Positions 55,405 to 64,000 of a stretch of DNA of 64,000 nt are shown here, piece after piece (within the stretch, counting starts at the first letter, position 1; every line of letters begins with the position of its first letter). This stretch comes from Nitrospirota bacterium (lineage in GTDB: Bacteria; Nitrospirota; Thermodesulfovibrionia; UBA6902). The notes below the pieces were generated by a model. That model made no database searches. It saw only the letters and a program-made list of their open reading frames with translations, and was not told the DNA's origin. The stretch lies in contig JACRLN010000031.1 in the NCBI GenBank assembly GCA_016215115.1, positions 1,284-65,283 of the forward strand, in the 5' to 3' direction. A program made the translations under genes and the position numbers.

Positions 55405-57855
55405 TTATTCACCGGCAGGTTCAAACCAGTTATTCAAAGCGCCAGTCGCAGGATGACAATTATAAGCGCAGTTTATAGGATAGTTATTTAGATTGTTCAG
55501 GTTCTGTATCCCGATTGTGCCGTATTGGTCTCCGCTTTGTCCGTCATAATGATTATACTGCATCTCATCATATACCCATCCCCATTGTGTATTTGAGCCG
55601 TGCACATTATGACATGTGAGACAGTGTATATTCGAGTTTATGCTCCCCCTGTATTTCCATCCGTTTCCTGCTCCATCCTGGAGGTGCCAGAAGTGCAGGT
55701 TGTAATACTCCCCCGGGCCTCTCCAGCCTTCCTGGTCATCATATGACTTCCCGGAGGCGTCATATCTGTCCTTAAAGTTTGTCTGGGTAGAGGCAGTATA
55801 ATAGGGCGGCATTACACCCCACCAGTGATCCCAGTCGTATTTGCTCCCAGCCTTAACGCCAAGAATGGCTTCCTTTGTCACTCGTGAATAGTTAGAATGA
55901 CAGTTGAAACAGAGTTCGTATGCCCCTTCGTTGGTTGTTCGATAAGGCGCTCCCTGTCCTGCGGGTGTTAAGGGAAGGGTTAAATTTTTAGCCAATAGCC
56001 CTTTATAATCAGAACCATGGCCACTGGAATGACAGCCTGTATTTGGATTCCCATTTCCAAGACAGGTGAGCCCCTGCTGTTTATGTCCGTAGGTCTTTGT
56101 CCAGTGAGTTTTTATATCCTTGCTCATCTTATATGGAGTGATACCAAGCGTTTTTCCGTCTGAGAAGGGACTTAGATTACCATTGGCGCCATTAGTATCA
56201 TGACAACCGAGACAATGGTTTTCAGCAGTCAAAGGATTAGAAGGATCATAAATATATACTTCACCTGTATCAGCGTTTTTCAGCCTTACGCTTCCGCCGG
56301 GGTGCTGAGATGTGTCATGGCATACATTGCAGTCAGCATTGGCAATTGTTCCGCTTACAGGATAGTGATGATGCGAAGTTTTTTTGAAATCTCCGCCTGT
56401 CCCTGAACCATCTCCATTTGAGTCAACTATCTGCCTTCTGCTTCCCCTGGTTGTCTTATGGCATGAAACACAATTAGAATAATCTTGTGCCGGGAGCGTA
56501 CTTCCCCATGTTGCGTTCCCATGACAGCCGAAAGCGCCGCTGCACGAACCTCCGGATGCGCTGAAATTGTAAGTCAATGTCCCCGTGCCGTTGCCTATAT
56601 CGTACGAGCTGTTAACGTGTTTCGAGTAATCGGATATGGCGTTCCCTGTATTGGTTGTGTTCCAATGGCATTTTTCGCATGTTATGTAGTTGTGTCTTGA
56701 GTGGCTGTTAGCCTTAGGCGATGTATTTGTATAACCAGGGGGAGTTCCGTGGCATGATGCACAGGTTAATGCGCCCGAACCCCAGCTGGCTGAAGTGTTA
56801 GCCGGTATGGTTCCGCTTGAAACAGAGGTCCCATTGCTGTGGCAGTAGATATTACCGCACCGCATCGAGCCGTTCTTTGTGACAGTAGTATTTGCCCCAC
56901 TGGCGTTATAATTCGCAGTTGTCTGTCCATCATAACTGCCGCCGCTGATTGAAAACACTCTGAACCCGATATCTATCGAATGATTGACACTATCAGGCAT
57001 CGAATAGCCGGTATGACATGTTTCGCATGTATAACCAAGGTCTACGACATGTTTTTGATGTTTTCCGGCATAAAGTGATCCCGTGGCATTCTCATCAGTA
57101 ACAAGATCGCCTGATATCAAAGGCGCGCCGCTTGATCCTGACGCTCCATGGCATGTGTTGCATGCGCAGAAACCATTCTTGTGAGTATGACAGGTAACGC
57201 AATTTGACGCGTTATTGTGGCTTTTATTCGACTGGGCGCCTGTATTGTATCTGTGATAAGTCGTGACCGAATGGCAAACCTCGCAGATCCTTGTTGAAGA
57301 TGTATGATTTTCTGAATCATCACCCATGGAATATGGAGCATTTCCAGGAGTACCGGTGAGATACCTGAAATAAACTGTACCGCCCGGAACAGCTCCGCTC
57401 GACGCGGAAATATTCTGATTAATAAGATATATGTTAGTTGTACCATGAGACGTATGACACGTTGCGCAGGTAAACTCGCCATATTTGCCTCCCGCAACAC
57501 CCCAGCCATTGTTGCCCGCCCATTTACGAGGGGTCCAGACACCACTGTTGGACTCACAAGCTGACCGCGTCTTATATGTGGCATTGGAGCAGTAACCGGC
57601 GATTTCAGCGCTGTGCATCTTTATCGCGTTGTCCCAGTTGGTCTGGTTAAAGCCTGTCTCGCCAGGAGATGAAGTATTAGTGTTTGTCCTGTGACAGCCA
57701 TTGCAGATTTCTCCGGGAGAACGGCGAAGAATATTTCCGTCTCCGGCAGAATACGACGCAGATACACATAAAAACACTAATAACAGAATGAATCCCGCAA
57801 TCTGGAATATTTGTAATGTTTTTATTGGCCATTTTGTAGTTAATTTCTTTGTCAT
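55405..57855 (-). CDS. Large multiheme c-type cytochrome (816 aa, signal/TM anchor, ~12 CxxCH + noncanonical CXnCH sites)
   Basis: Canonical sites are CNGCH, CATCH, CEVCH, CVTCH, CNTCH, CETCH, CASCH, CEKCH, CVSCH, CNVCH, CLGCH, CFNCH and CLTCH. Further candidate sites are CGNIYCH, CSGAFGCH and CAYNCH. The sequence is rich in Ser/Thr/Asn/Gly. Confidence 0.85.
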   Translation of the reverse strand: MTKKLTTKWPIKTLQIFQIAGFILLLVFLCVSASYSAGDGNILRRSPGEICNGCHRTNTNTSSPGETGFNQTNWDNAIKMHSAEIAGYCSNATYKTRSACESNSGVWTPRKWAGNNGWGVAGGKYGEFTCATCHTSHGTTNIYLINQNISASSGAVPGGTVYFRYLTGTPGNAPYSMGDDSENHTSSTRICEVCHSVTTYHRYNTGAQSNKSHNNASNCVTCHTHKNGFCACNTCHGASGSSGAPLISGDLVTDENATGSLYAGKHQKHVVDLGYTCETCHTGYSMPDSVNHSIDIGFRVFSISGGSYDGQTTANYNASGANTTVTKNGSMRCGNIYCHSNGTSVSSGTIPANTSASWGSGALTCASCHGTPPGYTNTSPKANSHSRHNYITCEKCHWNTTNTGNAISDYSKHVNSSYDIGNGTGTLTYNFSASGGSCSGAFGCHGNATWGSTLPAQDYSNCVSCHKTTRGSRRQIVDSNGDGSGTGGDFKKTSHHHYPVSGTIANADCNVCHDTSQHPGGSVRLKNADTGEVYIYDPSNPLTAENHCLGCHDTNGANGNLSPFSDGKTLGITPYKMSKDIKTHWTKTYGHKQQGLTCLGNGNPNTGCHSSGHGSDYKGLLAKNLTLPLTPAGQGAPYRTTNEGAYELCFNCHSNYSRVTKEAILGVKAGSKYDWDHWWGVMPPYYTASTQTNFKDRYDASGKSYDDQEGWRGPGEYYNLHFWHLQDGAGNGWKYRGSINSNIHCLTCHNVHGSNTQWGWVYDEMQYNHYDGQSGDQYGTIGIQNLNNLNNYPINCAYNCHPATGALNNWFEPAGE

Positions 57856-57972
57856 AATCTACTTACGGTGTTCCTCAGGTTGTTTATTTTCTATGCTCTC
57901 GACAATCACAGGGTCTTGAGTTTTAACATAATAGCATAAATCTTTTCATCGCGGTAGTGGAGAGTAAGAAGC

Positions 57973-58247
57973 ATGGCAAAAGGAATTTATAAACGTGGTA
58001 ATGTTTACTGGATACGCTATGCCGGGATTGATGGCCGGTATCCCGGCTCTTAGGCCAAGAGAAATTAACAGTGACTCTCAGGTATTCACATCTTGCGCCT
58101 TCTCATCTTGCAGAGGCAGTTGAAGTTGATCATATATTAAGACCCATTAAGTCTATCAAAATTTATGACACCCAACTTTTTGTTATTTATAAAACTCGAT
58201 TCAAATATAGTAGAATAATTGATGCACTGCACAAGTGCTGCTTCTGA
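57973..58247 (+). pseudogene. Tyrosine recombinase (phage integrase) remnant: N-terminal fragment MAKGIYKRGNVYWIRYAGIDGRYPGS* and C-terminal fragment ...TVTLRYSHLAPSHLAEAVEVDHIL
   Basis: The N-terminal arm-binding signature KRGNVYWIRY and the C-terminal catalytic-Tyr region LRYSHLAPSHL are both present. The core (~300 aa) is absent. Confidence 0.6.
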
Positions 58248-58292
58248 AAGCAATTCATAAATTGTTCATGATTCAATGAGGTATCGTTTTTT

Positions 58293-59615
58293 ATGACTAA
58301 AAAATTCCACATTTGGACTGCGGGATGTCAGATGAATGTACATGATTCGGAGAAGATCGCCGGCATTTTATCGGAATCGGATTATGGGACTACTGGCTCT
58401 ATTGAAGAAGCAGATCTGATCGTGCTTAATACATGCAGTATCAGGGAGAAAGCAGAGCAGAAGTTTTACAGCGAGCTGGGCAGACTACGGACACTAAAGA
58501 AAAATAATCCGAACCTGAAAATCGCAGTGGCTGGATGTATTGCACAACAGCAAGGCAATGCAATATTAAAAAAATTCCCATATGTGGATTTTGTTTTCGG
58601 ACCTGACAATATAGACAGCCTGCAGGTATGGATAGGCAGTGGAATACAGACAAGAGGGAACAGAAAACAGAGAACTGCTTTGCGTGAGAACCCCGGGTAT
58701 CATACAAAAACACTGCCGATGAGCAGGGAAGGGCGGGTCAGGGCCTGGGTTACTATAATGTACGGCTGTGATAATTTCTGCGCATATTGTGTTGTGCCAT
58801 ATACACGCGGCCGGGAAAGGAGCAGGCCCGGCAGGGACATATACGATGAAGTTCTTTCACTTGCCGAACAGGGATTTAAGGAAATTACCCTCCTGGGTCA
58901 GAATGTAAATTCCTATGGCAGGAACCTTCCGGAAGATATGGATTTTCCCGACCTTCTGAGAATGCTTCACAAAATAGAGGGATTACGGAGGATCAGATTT
59001 GTTACTTCACATCCAAGGGATTTATCAGAAAAACTTGTCAGCACAATAAAGGATTTGCCCAAAATATGCGGTCATATTCATCTGCCTGTACAATCCGGCT
59101 CTGACAGGATATTGAATTCAATGAACAGGGGCTATTCATATAAGGAATACAAAAATAAAATAGACATGCTGATAAAATCAATACCTGATATAGCAATAAC
59201 TACTGACATAATCACGGGTTTCCCTGGCGAAACTGAAGAAGATTTTCAATGTACTTTAAAAGCTCTTGCCGAGATTGAATATGACGGAATATTTGCATTT
59301 AAATATTCAAAAAGACCTGACACAAAGGCGCTTCATCTGCCTGATCATGTTGACGAAAATGTTAAATCTCAGAGACTTTCTGAAATATTAAAAATACAGG
59401 AAATCATTACATACAAAAAAAACAAATTATTGGAAGGAAAAGTGCTTGAAGTTTTAGTTGAAGGCGCAAGTGAGACGAACGACAAGAAATTAACAGGACG
59501 GACCTGCACAAATAAAATCGTTAATTTCTATGGTGAAAAAATCGATATCGGAAATTTTGTAATGATTAAGATACTGGAAGCAAAACTGCATTCACTGTAT
59601 GGAGAAAAAGTTTGA
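58293..59615 (+). CDS. miaB: tRNA-i6A37 methylthiotransferase MiaB
   Basis: N-terminal MTTase domain (WTAGCQMN), radical-SAM CDNFCAYCVVP motif and C-terminal TRAM domain. Confidence 0.85.
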   Translation: MTKKFHIWTAGCQMNVHDSEKIAGILSESDYGTTGSIEEADLIVLNTCSIREKAEQKFYSELGRLRTLKKNNPNLKIAVAGCIAQQQGNAILKKFPYVDFVFGPDNIDSLQVWIGSGIQTRGNRKQRTALRENPGYHTKTLPMSREGRVRAWVTIMYGCDNFCAYCVVPYTRGRERSRPGRDIYDEVLSLAEQGFKEITLLGQNVNSYGRNLPEDMDFPDLLRMLHKIEGLRRIRFVTSHPRDLSEKLVSTIKDLPKICGHIHLPVQSGSDRILNSMNRGYSYKEYKNKIDMLIKSIPDIAITTDIITGFPGETEEDFQCTLKALAEIEYDGIFAFKYSKRPDTKALHLPDHVDENVKSQRLSEILKIQEIITYKKNKLLEGKVLEVLVEGASETNDKKLTGRTCTNKIVNFYGEKIDIGNFVMIKILEAKLHSLYGEKV

Positions 59616-59644
59616 GGGTTAAGAAGAAAGAGACGTAGATTTAG

Positions 59645-59722
59645 GGATTCTGTCATTCCCGCTTGTCGGGAATCATTTTTAAACAGAGGGAAGGATTCCG
59701 GCCAAGCCGGAATGACAAAAGA
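59645..59722. mobile_element. Variant hairpin-pair element (gtcattcccgc-ttgt-cgggaatca ... ggattccggc-caag-ccggaatgac)
   Basis: Divergent member of the MITE hairpin family between miaB and mtaB. Confidence 0.6.
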
Positions 59723-59724
59723 GC

Positions 59725-61011
59725 GTGAGAATAGCGATACAAACATTGGGATGTAAGGTTAATCAATCGGAAAGCGCCTCTATTGAAGGATTGCTGATAA
59801 ATGAAAATTACGAAATCGTTAACTATAAGGATAATCCTGATGTTTGTATTGTAAATACATGCACAGTTACTGCTAAAAGTGATTATCAATCAAGACAACT
59901 TATAAGAAAAGCATTAAGAACAGGAGCAAAAGTTATTGCCGCCGGTTGTTATGCGCAATTGAAGCCTGATGAACTTTCTAAAATAGAAGGACTCAATCTT
60001 ACAATAGGAAATGCAGGAAAGAAATATATTATTCATTATATTAAGAAGTTGGCTAATAATAGTTCCGGCTCTAATGTAACAGGCAGTTATCCATTATCAT
60101 CACCTTTGATATTACAGCCGTATTATTCAAACAGGGCCAGAGCCTTCCTTAAGATACAGGATGGATGTAATCTTTCCTGCTCATATTGTACGGTACCTTT
60201 AGCAAGAGGCAACAGCCGGAGCCTTAATCTTCAGGATGTCATAAAAGCTGTTGAACAACTTCATTGTGCAGGATATAAAGAAATTGTTTTAACCGGAATA
60301 CATATTGGTTCATATGGGTTAGACCTTGTGCCTAAAAGCACTTTATTAAATATTGTGGATATGTTAATTAAATCGTTTCCTCACATTAGATTCAGACTGA
60401 GTTCCATAGAACCTCAGGAATTTAAAAATGATTTCCTGAGATATATCAAAGATGGATCTGTCTGTTCGCATTTACATATTCCACTACAAAGCGGTTCAGA
60501 CAGGATACTCAAAGTGATGAAACGAGGTTATAATACTTCATCTTATATAAAAGTTATTGATAATATTGTGGCTGCATGTCCGGATATTGCAATTGGAACT
60601 GATGTCATTGCCGGCTTTCCTGGAGAAAGCGAAAGGGATTTTGAAGAAACTGTTAAACTTGTTGATCAAATACCTCTGAGTTATTTACATGTGTTCCCTT
60701 ACTCAAAAAGACCTGACACCGTTGCCTCTTTATATGACAATCATATCAATGAAAAAATTAAGCACGATAGGGTAAAGATATTGTTAGAAATTGCCAAAAA
60801 AAAGAATAATATCTATTTAAATAAGAACTTGGGGAAGACACTTGATGTTATAGTTGAGAATAATACTGCAATCAAAGGGTTATATAAAGGTATTTCAGAT
60901 AATTATCTAAAACTTACAATAAAGTCAGATAATCTATCAAAGGGTCACCGCTTGAAAGTATTAGTCATTTCCTTGACTGCTTCCGGATTAATTGCAGAAC
61001 CTCTTAAATAA
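59725..61011 (+). CDS. mtaB: Radical-SAM methylthiotransferase, MtaB-like (tRNA t6A37 methylthiolation)
   Basis: LGCKVNQSESASI, VNTCTVTAKSD and radical-SAM CNLSCSYCTVP motifs. No clear TRAM of the RimO type. Confidence 0.7.
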   Translation: MRIAIQTLGCKVNQSESASIEGLLINENYEIVNYKDNPDVCIVNTCTVTAKSDYQSRQLIRKALRTGAKVIAAGCYAQLKPDELSKIEGLNLTIGNAGKKYIIHYIKKLANNSSGSNVTGSYPLSSPLILQPYYSNRARAFLKIQDGCNLSCSYCTVPLARGNSRSLNLQDVIKAVEQLHCAGYKEIVLTGIHIGSYGLDLVPKSTLLNIVDMLIKSFPHIRFRLSSIEPQEFKNDFLRYIKDGSVCSHLHIPLQSGSDRILKVMKRGYNTSSYIKVIDNIVAACPDIAIGTDVIAGFPGESERDFEETVKLVDQIPLSYLHVFPYSKRPDTVASLYDNHINEKIKHDRVKILLEIAKKKNNIYLNKNLGKTLDVIVENNTAIKGLYKGISDNYLKLTIKSDNLSKGHRLKVLVISLTASGLIAEPLK

Positions 61012-61204
61012 TAGAGAAAATGACATAACATCCTGTTTTAAATATGTTTTTCATGTGCCTAATAATTGTGCAATCAATGGAAATCCAGTGCTGAAAGCCA
61101 TTTTAAAAGGGTAGTCATTCACGGTTTCACATCTTCTTAACAAAAGTTTGACATATCTAATGTCCGATAAGATATATTATGTTAAATTAGATAACGAATT
61201 TTTC

Positions 61205-61248
61205 TTTGAATTACGATTCCCGACAAGCGGGAATGACACTTCTTGATT
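61205..61248. repeat. Single hairpin module fragment (cgattcccgacaagcgggaatgac) of the MITE family
   Basis: Matches half of the 59.65-kb variant element. Confidence 0.5.
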
Positions 61249-61266
61249 GGAAAGTAGAAACTACTC

Positions 61267-63321
61267 TTAGCCGCGTAACTCGGCGTTAAGTGTGTTTTTG
61301 AGTCTCTCGACGATATTGGAGTGCAAGGAATCAACCTCTGCGTCAGTCAAGGTCCTGTCAGCGGCCCTGTAACGAATGGAAAAGGCGAGGCTCTTTTTGT
61401 CTTGAGGAATTGGTTTCCCTGTATAAATATCAAATAATGTTACTGCTTCAATGAGATCTGAATCAACACTCAATATTTCTCTGTTCACCTGTTCAACTAA
61501 CACCTCATTTGAAACTATTATTGCGACATCTCTTTCGACATAAGGGAATTTGGGCAATGATACAAACGTTGTTCCGGATGATACATGTTCAAGTAATTTC
61601 TCTAAATCGTAAATTTCGAGTATGGTTATGCTGCCTTTAATGTCAAATGACTCCGAGACGTGAGGATGGATTGTCCCGAGTGAGCCTATTTTCTCTCCAT
61701 TTACAATTATTGAACAGGATTTGCCCGGGTGAAGGTATGGTTCGATTGAAGACGTATCCTGTATTAAATAGTATTGTTTTATTTTTAAATCCCTGAAAAG
61801 ATTTTCGAGTGCGCCTTTTAAATCATAGAAACCGTCATGTTTGCTTTCCCATAACATTGCTGACTTATTATTATTGGAGATTGCAGCCATCTGGATGATT
61901 TCATCCGGCAGTTTCAGGTCCGAGGGAAGAAAGACCCTCGACACCTCAAAAAAACTGATATCTTTTTCTCCATGATTCAGATTCAAACTTACATTATTGA
62001 GCAAGGCCGGTATCAGGCTGGTCCTCATCGCTGATTCTTCTTTTCTCAAAGGATTTTTTATGAAAACCAGATTTCTTCTTTTATCATCAGGTGGTAAATT
62101 TAGTTTATCAAGGGTGTCAGGCTTGAAGAAACTGTAATTTATCACTTCTGAAAATCCTGATCTGATCATGGCATTTTTTGTGGTCCTGATTAGGTCCTGC
62201 CGTTTATTTACAGGAGCAGGCTGCACCTTGATACACGGCAGCGTGGCAGGGATTTTATCGTAACCATAAAGTCTTGCAAGTTCCTCTATGATATCCATAT
62301 CTCTCTGGATATCCGGTCTGAAGCTTGGAGGAGTTACTATAAACCCCTCCCCTTCCCTTTTAGTTTCAAAACCAAGGCTGTTCAATATCTTTTGAATAGA
62401 TGATTCTTTAATTTCAATACCGAGGAGTGAATTTATTTTTTCAGTCCTGACAATTATTTTTTTAAGTTCATAAGGCTCAGGATAAATATCGGTCAGGTTT
62501 GAAACCCTCCCTCCCGCAATTTCAGCAATCATTTGCGCAGCCCTGTCAAGCGCCTTTGCAACATTGTCTATATCAACTCCTCTTTCAAATCTGTATGAAG
62601 ACTCAGAAGTAATATTAAGCGTTTTGGATGTTCTCCTTATTGATGCAGGATGGAAATATGCGCTTTCAATAAGTACGTTTACGGTTGATAAAGAAACTTC
62701 GGTGTTCTGTCCGCCCATAACACCTGCTAAAGCAACAGGCTTTTTCGCATCCCATATTAGCAGCATATCTTTGCCTAATTTTCTGTCTTCATCATCAAGC
62801 GTACGGAAAGTTTTTTCTGAGCCTGCTGTCTTAACCACAATTTTTTGTCCGGCAAGTTTATCGAGGTCAAAGGCATGGAGGGGCTGCCCCATTTCCAAAA
62901 GTACATAGTTGGTAACGTCAACTATGTTATACGAAGCCCTGAATCCATGAGACTCAAGACGTTTAATAAGCCATGCAGGGGAAGGAGCAGGTTTCACGCC
63001 GGAAATTGTCCTTGATGCATATCTTTTACAAAGCGGGGAATCTTTAATCTCAATTTCAGGACCTCTGCCTTCCTGTTTCCGGACGTCAATTGTTATGGCT
63101 TTAAAAGGGACTTCTAATATTGCAGATATTTCGCGGGCAATTCCTTTAATACATAGACAGTCGGGCCTGTTTGGAGTTACATTGATGTCAAGTAAGGTAT
63201 CACCTTCAATATCTTCCATGCCTTCAACTTCAAAACCTGCCATGGTAAGGGCGTGAGCCAATTCCTTCGGCGAAAGTAAAAAATCAGTGAATTCTTTAAG
63301 CCATTTGTATGATGCTTTCAA
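61267..63321 (-). CDS. pheT: Phenylalanine--tRNA ligase beta subunit, short form lacking the N-terminal OB-fold tRNA-binding domain
   Basis: MKASYKWLKEF...TMAGFEVEG proceeds directly to DINVTPNRPDCL. B3/4, B5, catalytic-like and C-terminal FDX-ACB domains are present. 684 aa versus ~790 aa typical. Confidence 0.85.
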   Translation of the reverse strand: MKASYKWLKEFTDFLLSPKELAHALTMAGFEVEGMEDIEGDTLLDINVTPNRPDCLCIKGIAREISAILEVPFKAITIDVRKQEGRGPEIEIKDSPLCKRYASRTISGVKPAPSPAWLIKRLESHGFRASYNIVDVTNYVLLEMGQPLHAFDLDKLAGQKIVVKTAGSEKTFRTLDDEDRKLGKDMLLIWDAKKPVALAGVMGGQNTEVSLSTVNVLIESAYFHPASIRRTSKTLNITSESSYRFERGVDIDNVAKALDRAAQMIAEIAGGRVSNLTDIYPEPYELKKIIVRTEKINSLLGIEIKESSIQKILNSLGFETKREGEGFIVTPPSFRPDIQRDMDIIEELARLYGYDKIPATLPCIKVQPAPVNKRQDLIRTTKNAMIRSGFSEVINYSFFKPDTLDKLNLPPDDKRRNLVFIKNPLRKEESAMRTSLIPALLNNVSLNLNHGEKDISFFEVSRVFLPSDLKLPDEIIQMAAISNNNKSAMLWESKHDGFYDLKGALENLFRDLKIKQYYLIQDTSSIEPYLHPGKSCSIIVNGEKIGSLGTIHPHVSESFDIKGSITILEIYDLEKLLEHVSSGTTFVSLPKFPYVERDVAIIVSNEVLVEQVNREILSVDSDLIEAVTLFDIYTGKPIPQDKKSLAFSIRYRAADRTLTDAEVDSLHSNIVERLKNTLNAELRG

Positions 63322-63361
63322 TGAAACAACTCCCTCTATTCTCTTCTATTAAGAGTTTATA

Positions 63362-63450
63362 ACCTAAACATTGAACCGTCATTCCCGCAGTCTGTTGAGC
63401 GGGAATCCAGAAAAATCAAGGCTGGATTCCGGCTTAAGGACTGCCGGAAT
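63362..63450. mobile_element. MITE-like hairpin pair inserted between pheS and pheT
   Basis: aacattgaaccgtcattcccgcagtctgttgagcgggaatccag ... ctggattccggcttaaggactgccggaatgac. Confidence 0.75.
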
Positions 63451-63489
63451 GACAGACGAACAGAGTTTATAACCCAGACTCAATTTAAT

Positions 63490-64000
<511 letters not shown>

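Overview
This is a 64-kb window from a low-GC bacterium, probably Gram-negative and anaerobic. The call rests on Kdo biosynthesis genes kdsA/kdsD/kdsC, 2-oxoacid:ferredoxin oxidoreductase, a flavodiiron protein, rubrerythrin-like proteins and multiheme cytochromes c. No rRNA, tRNA or CRISPR array was recognised. Housekeeping genes include ftsH (3' part, runs off the left edge and is missing from the ORF track), gcvH-lpdA, kdsA-kdsD-kdsC-pgsA-plsY, queC, miaB, mtaB, and pheT with pheS (partial, right edge). An accessory island at 36.8-44.1 kb carries radC, a type III restriction-modification system (mod, res) with a DUF3800 gene embedded between mod and res, an AlbA_2-domain fragment, an antitoxin with a frameshifted MazF-like toxin, and a Fic protein. 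At 44.2-50.2 kb lies a minus-strand operon of an unusual 1092-aa GHMP-kinase-like/NDP-sugar-pyrophosphorylase-like fusion with DUF362, SAM-methyltransferase and IMPase-family genes. A 15-16-heme cytochrome c and a secreted RCC1/CARDB/Cys-repeat protein follow. Three families of short palindromic mobile elements are prominent. A MITE with ~25-bp terminal inverted repeats carries paired hairpin modules (gtcattcccgc-N-gcgggaatccag plus ctggatgcccga-N-tcgggcatgac) in at least 10 copies, one with a 9-bp target-site duplication and several with a nested 28-bp insert. A REP-like GTAGGGGC...GCCCCTAC family and an AGCGCGGAAG...CTTCCGCGCT family also occur. Several copies sit in-frame inside protein-coding genes (korA twice, queC twice, the large fusion ORF twice). 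Other mutational features are a heptanucleotide simple-sequence repeat at the kdsC start, a 22-bp tandem duplication splitting the RCC1 gene, a frameshifted multi-PAS sensor/HD-GYP region, and a tyrosine-integrase remnant upstream of miaB.
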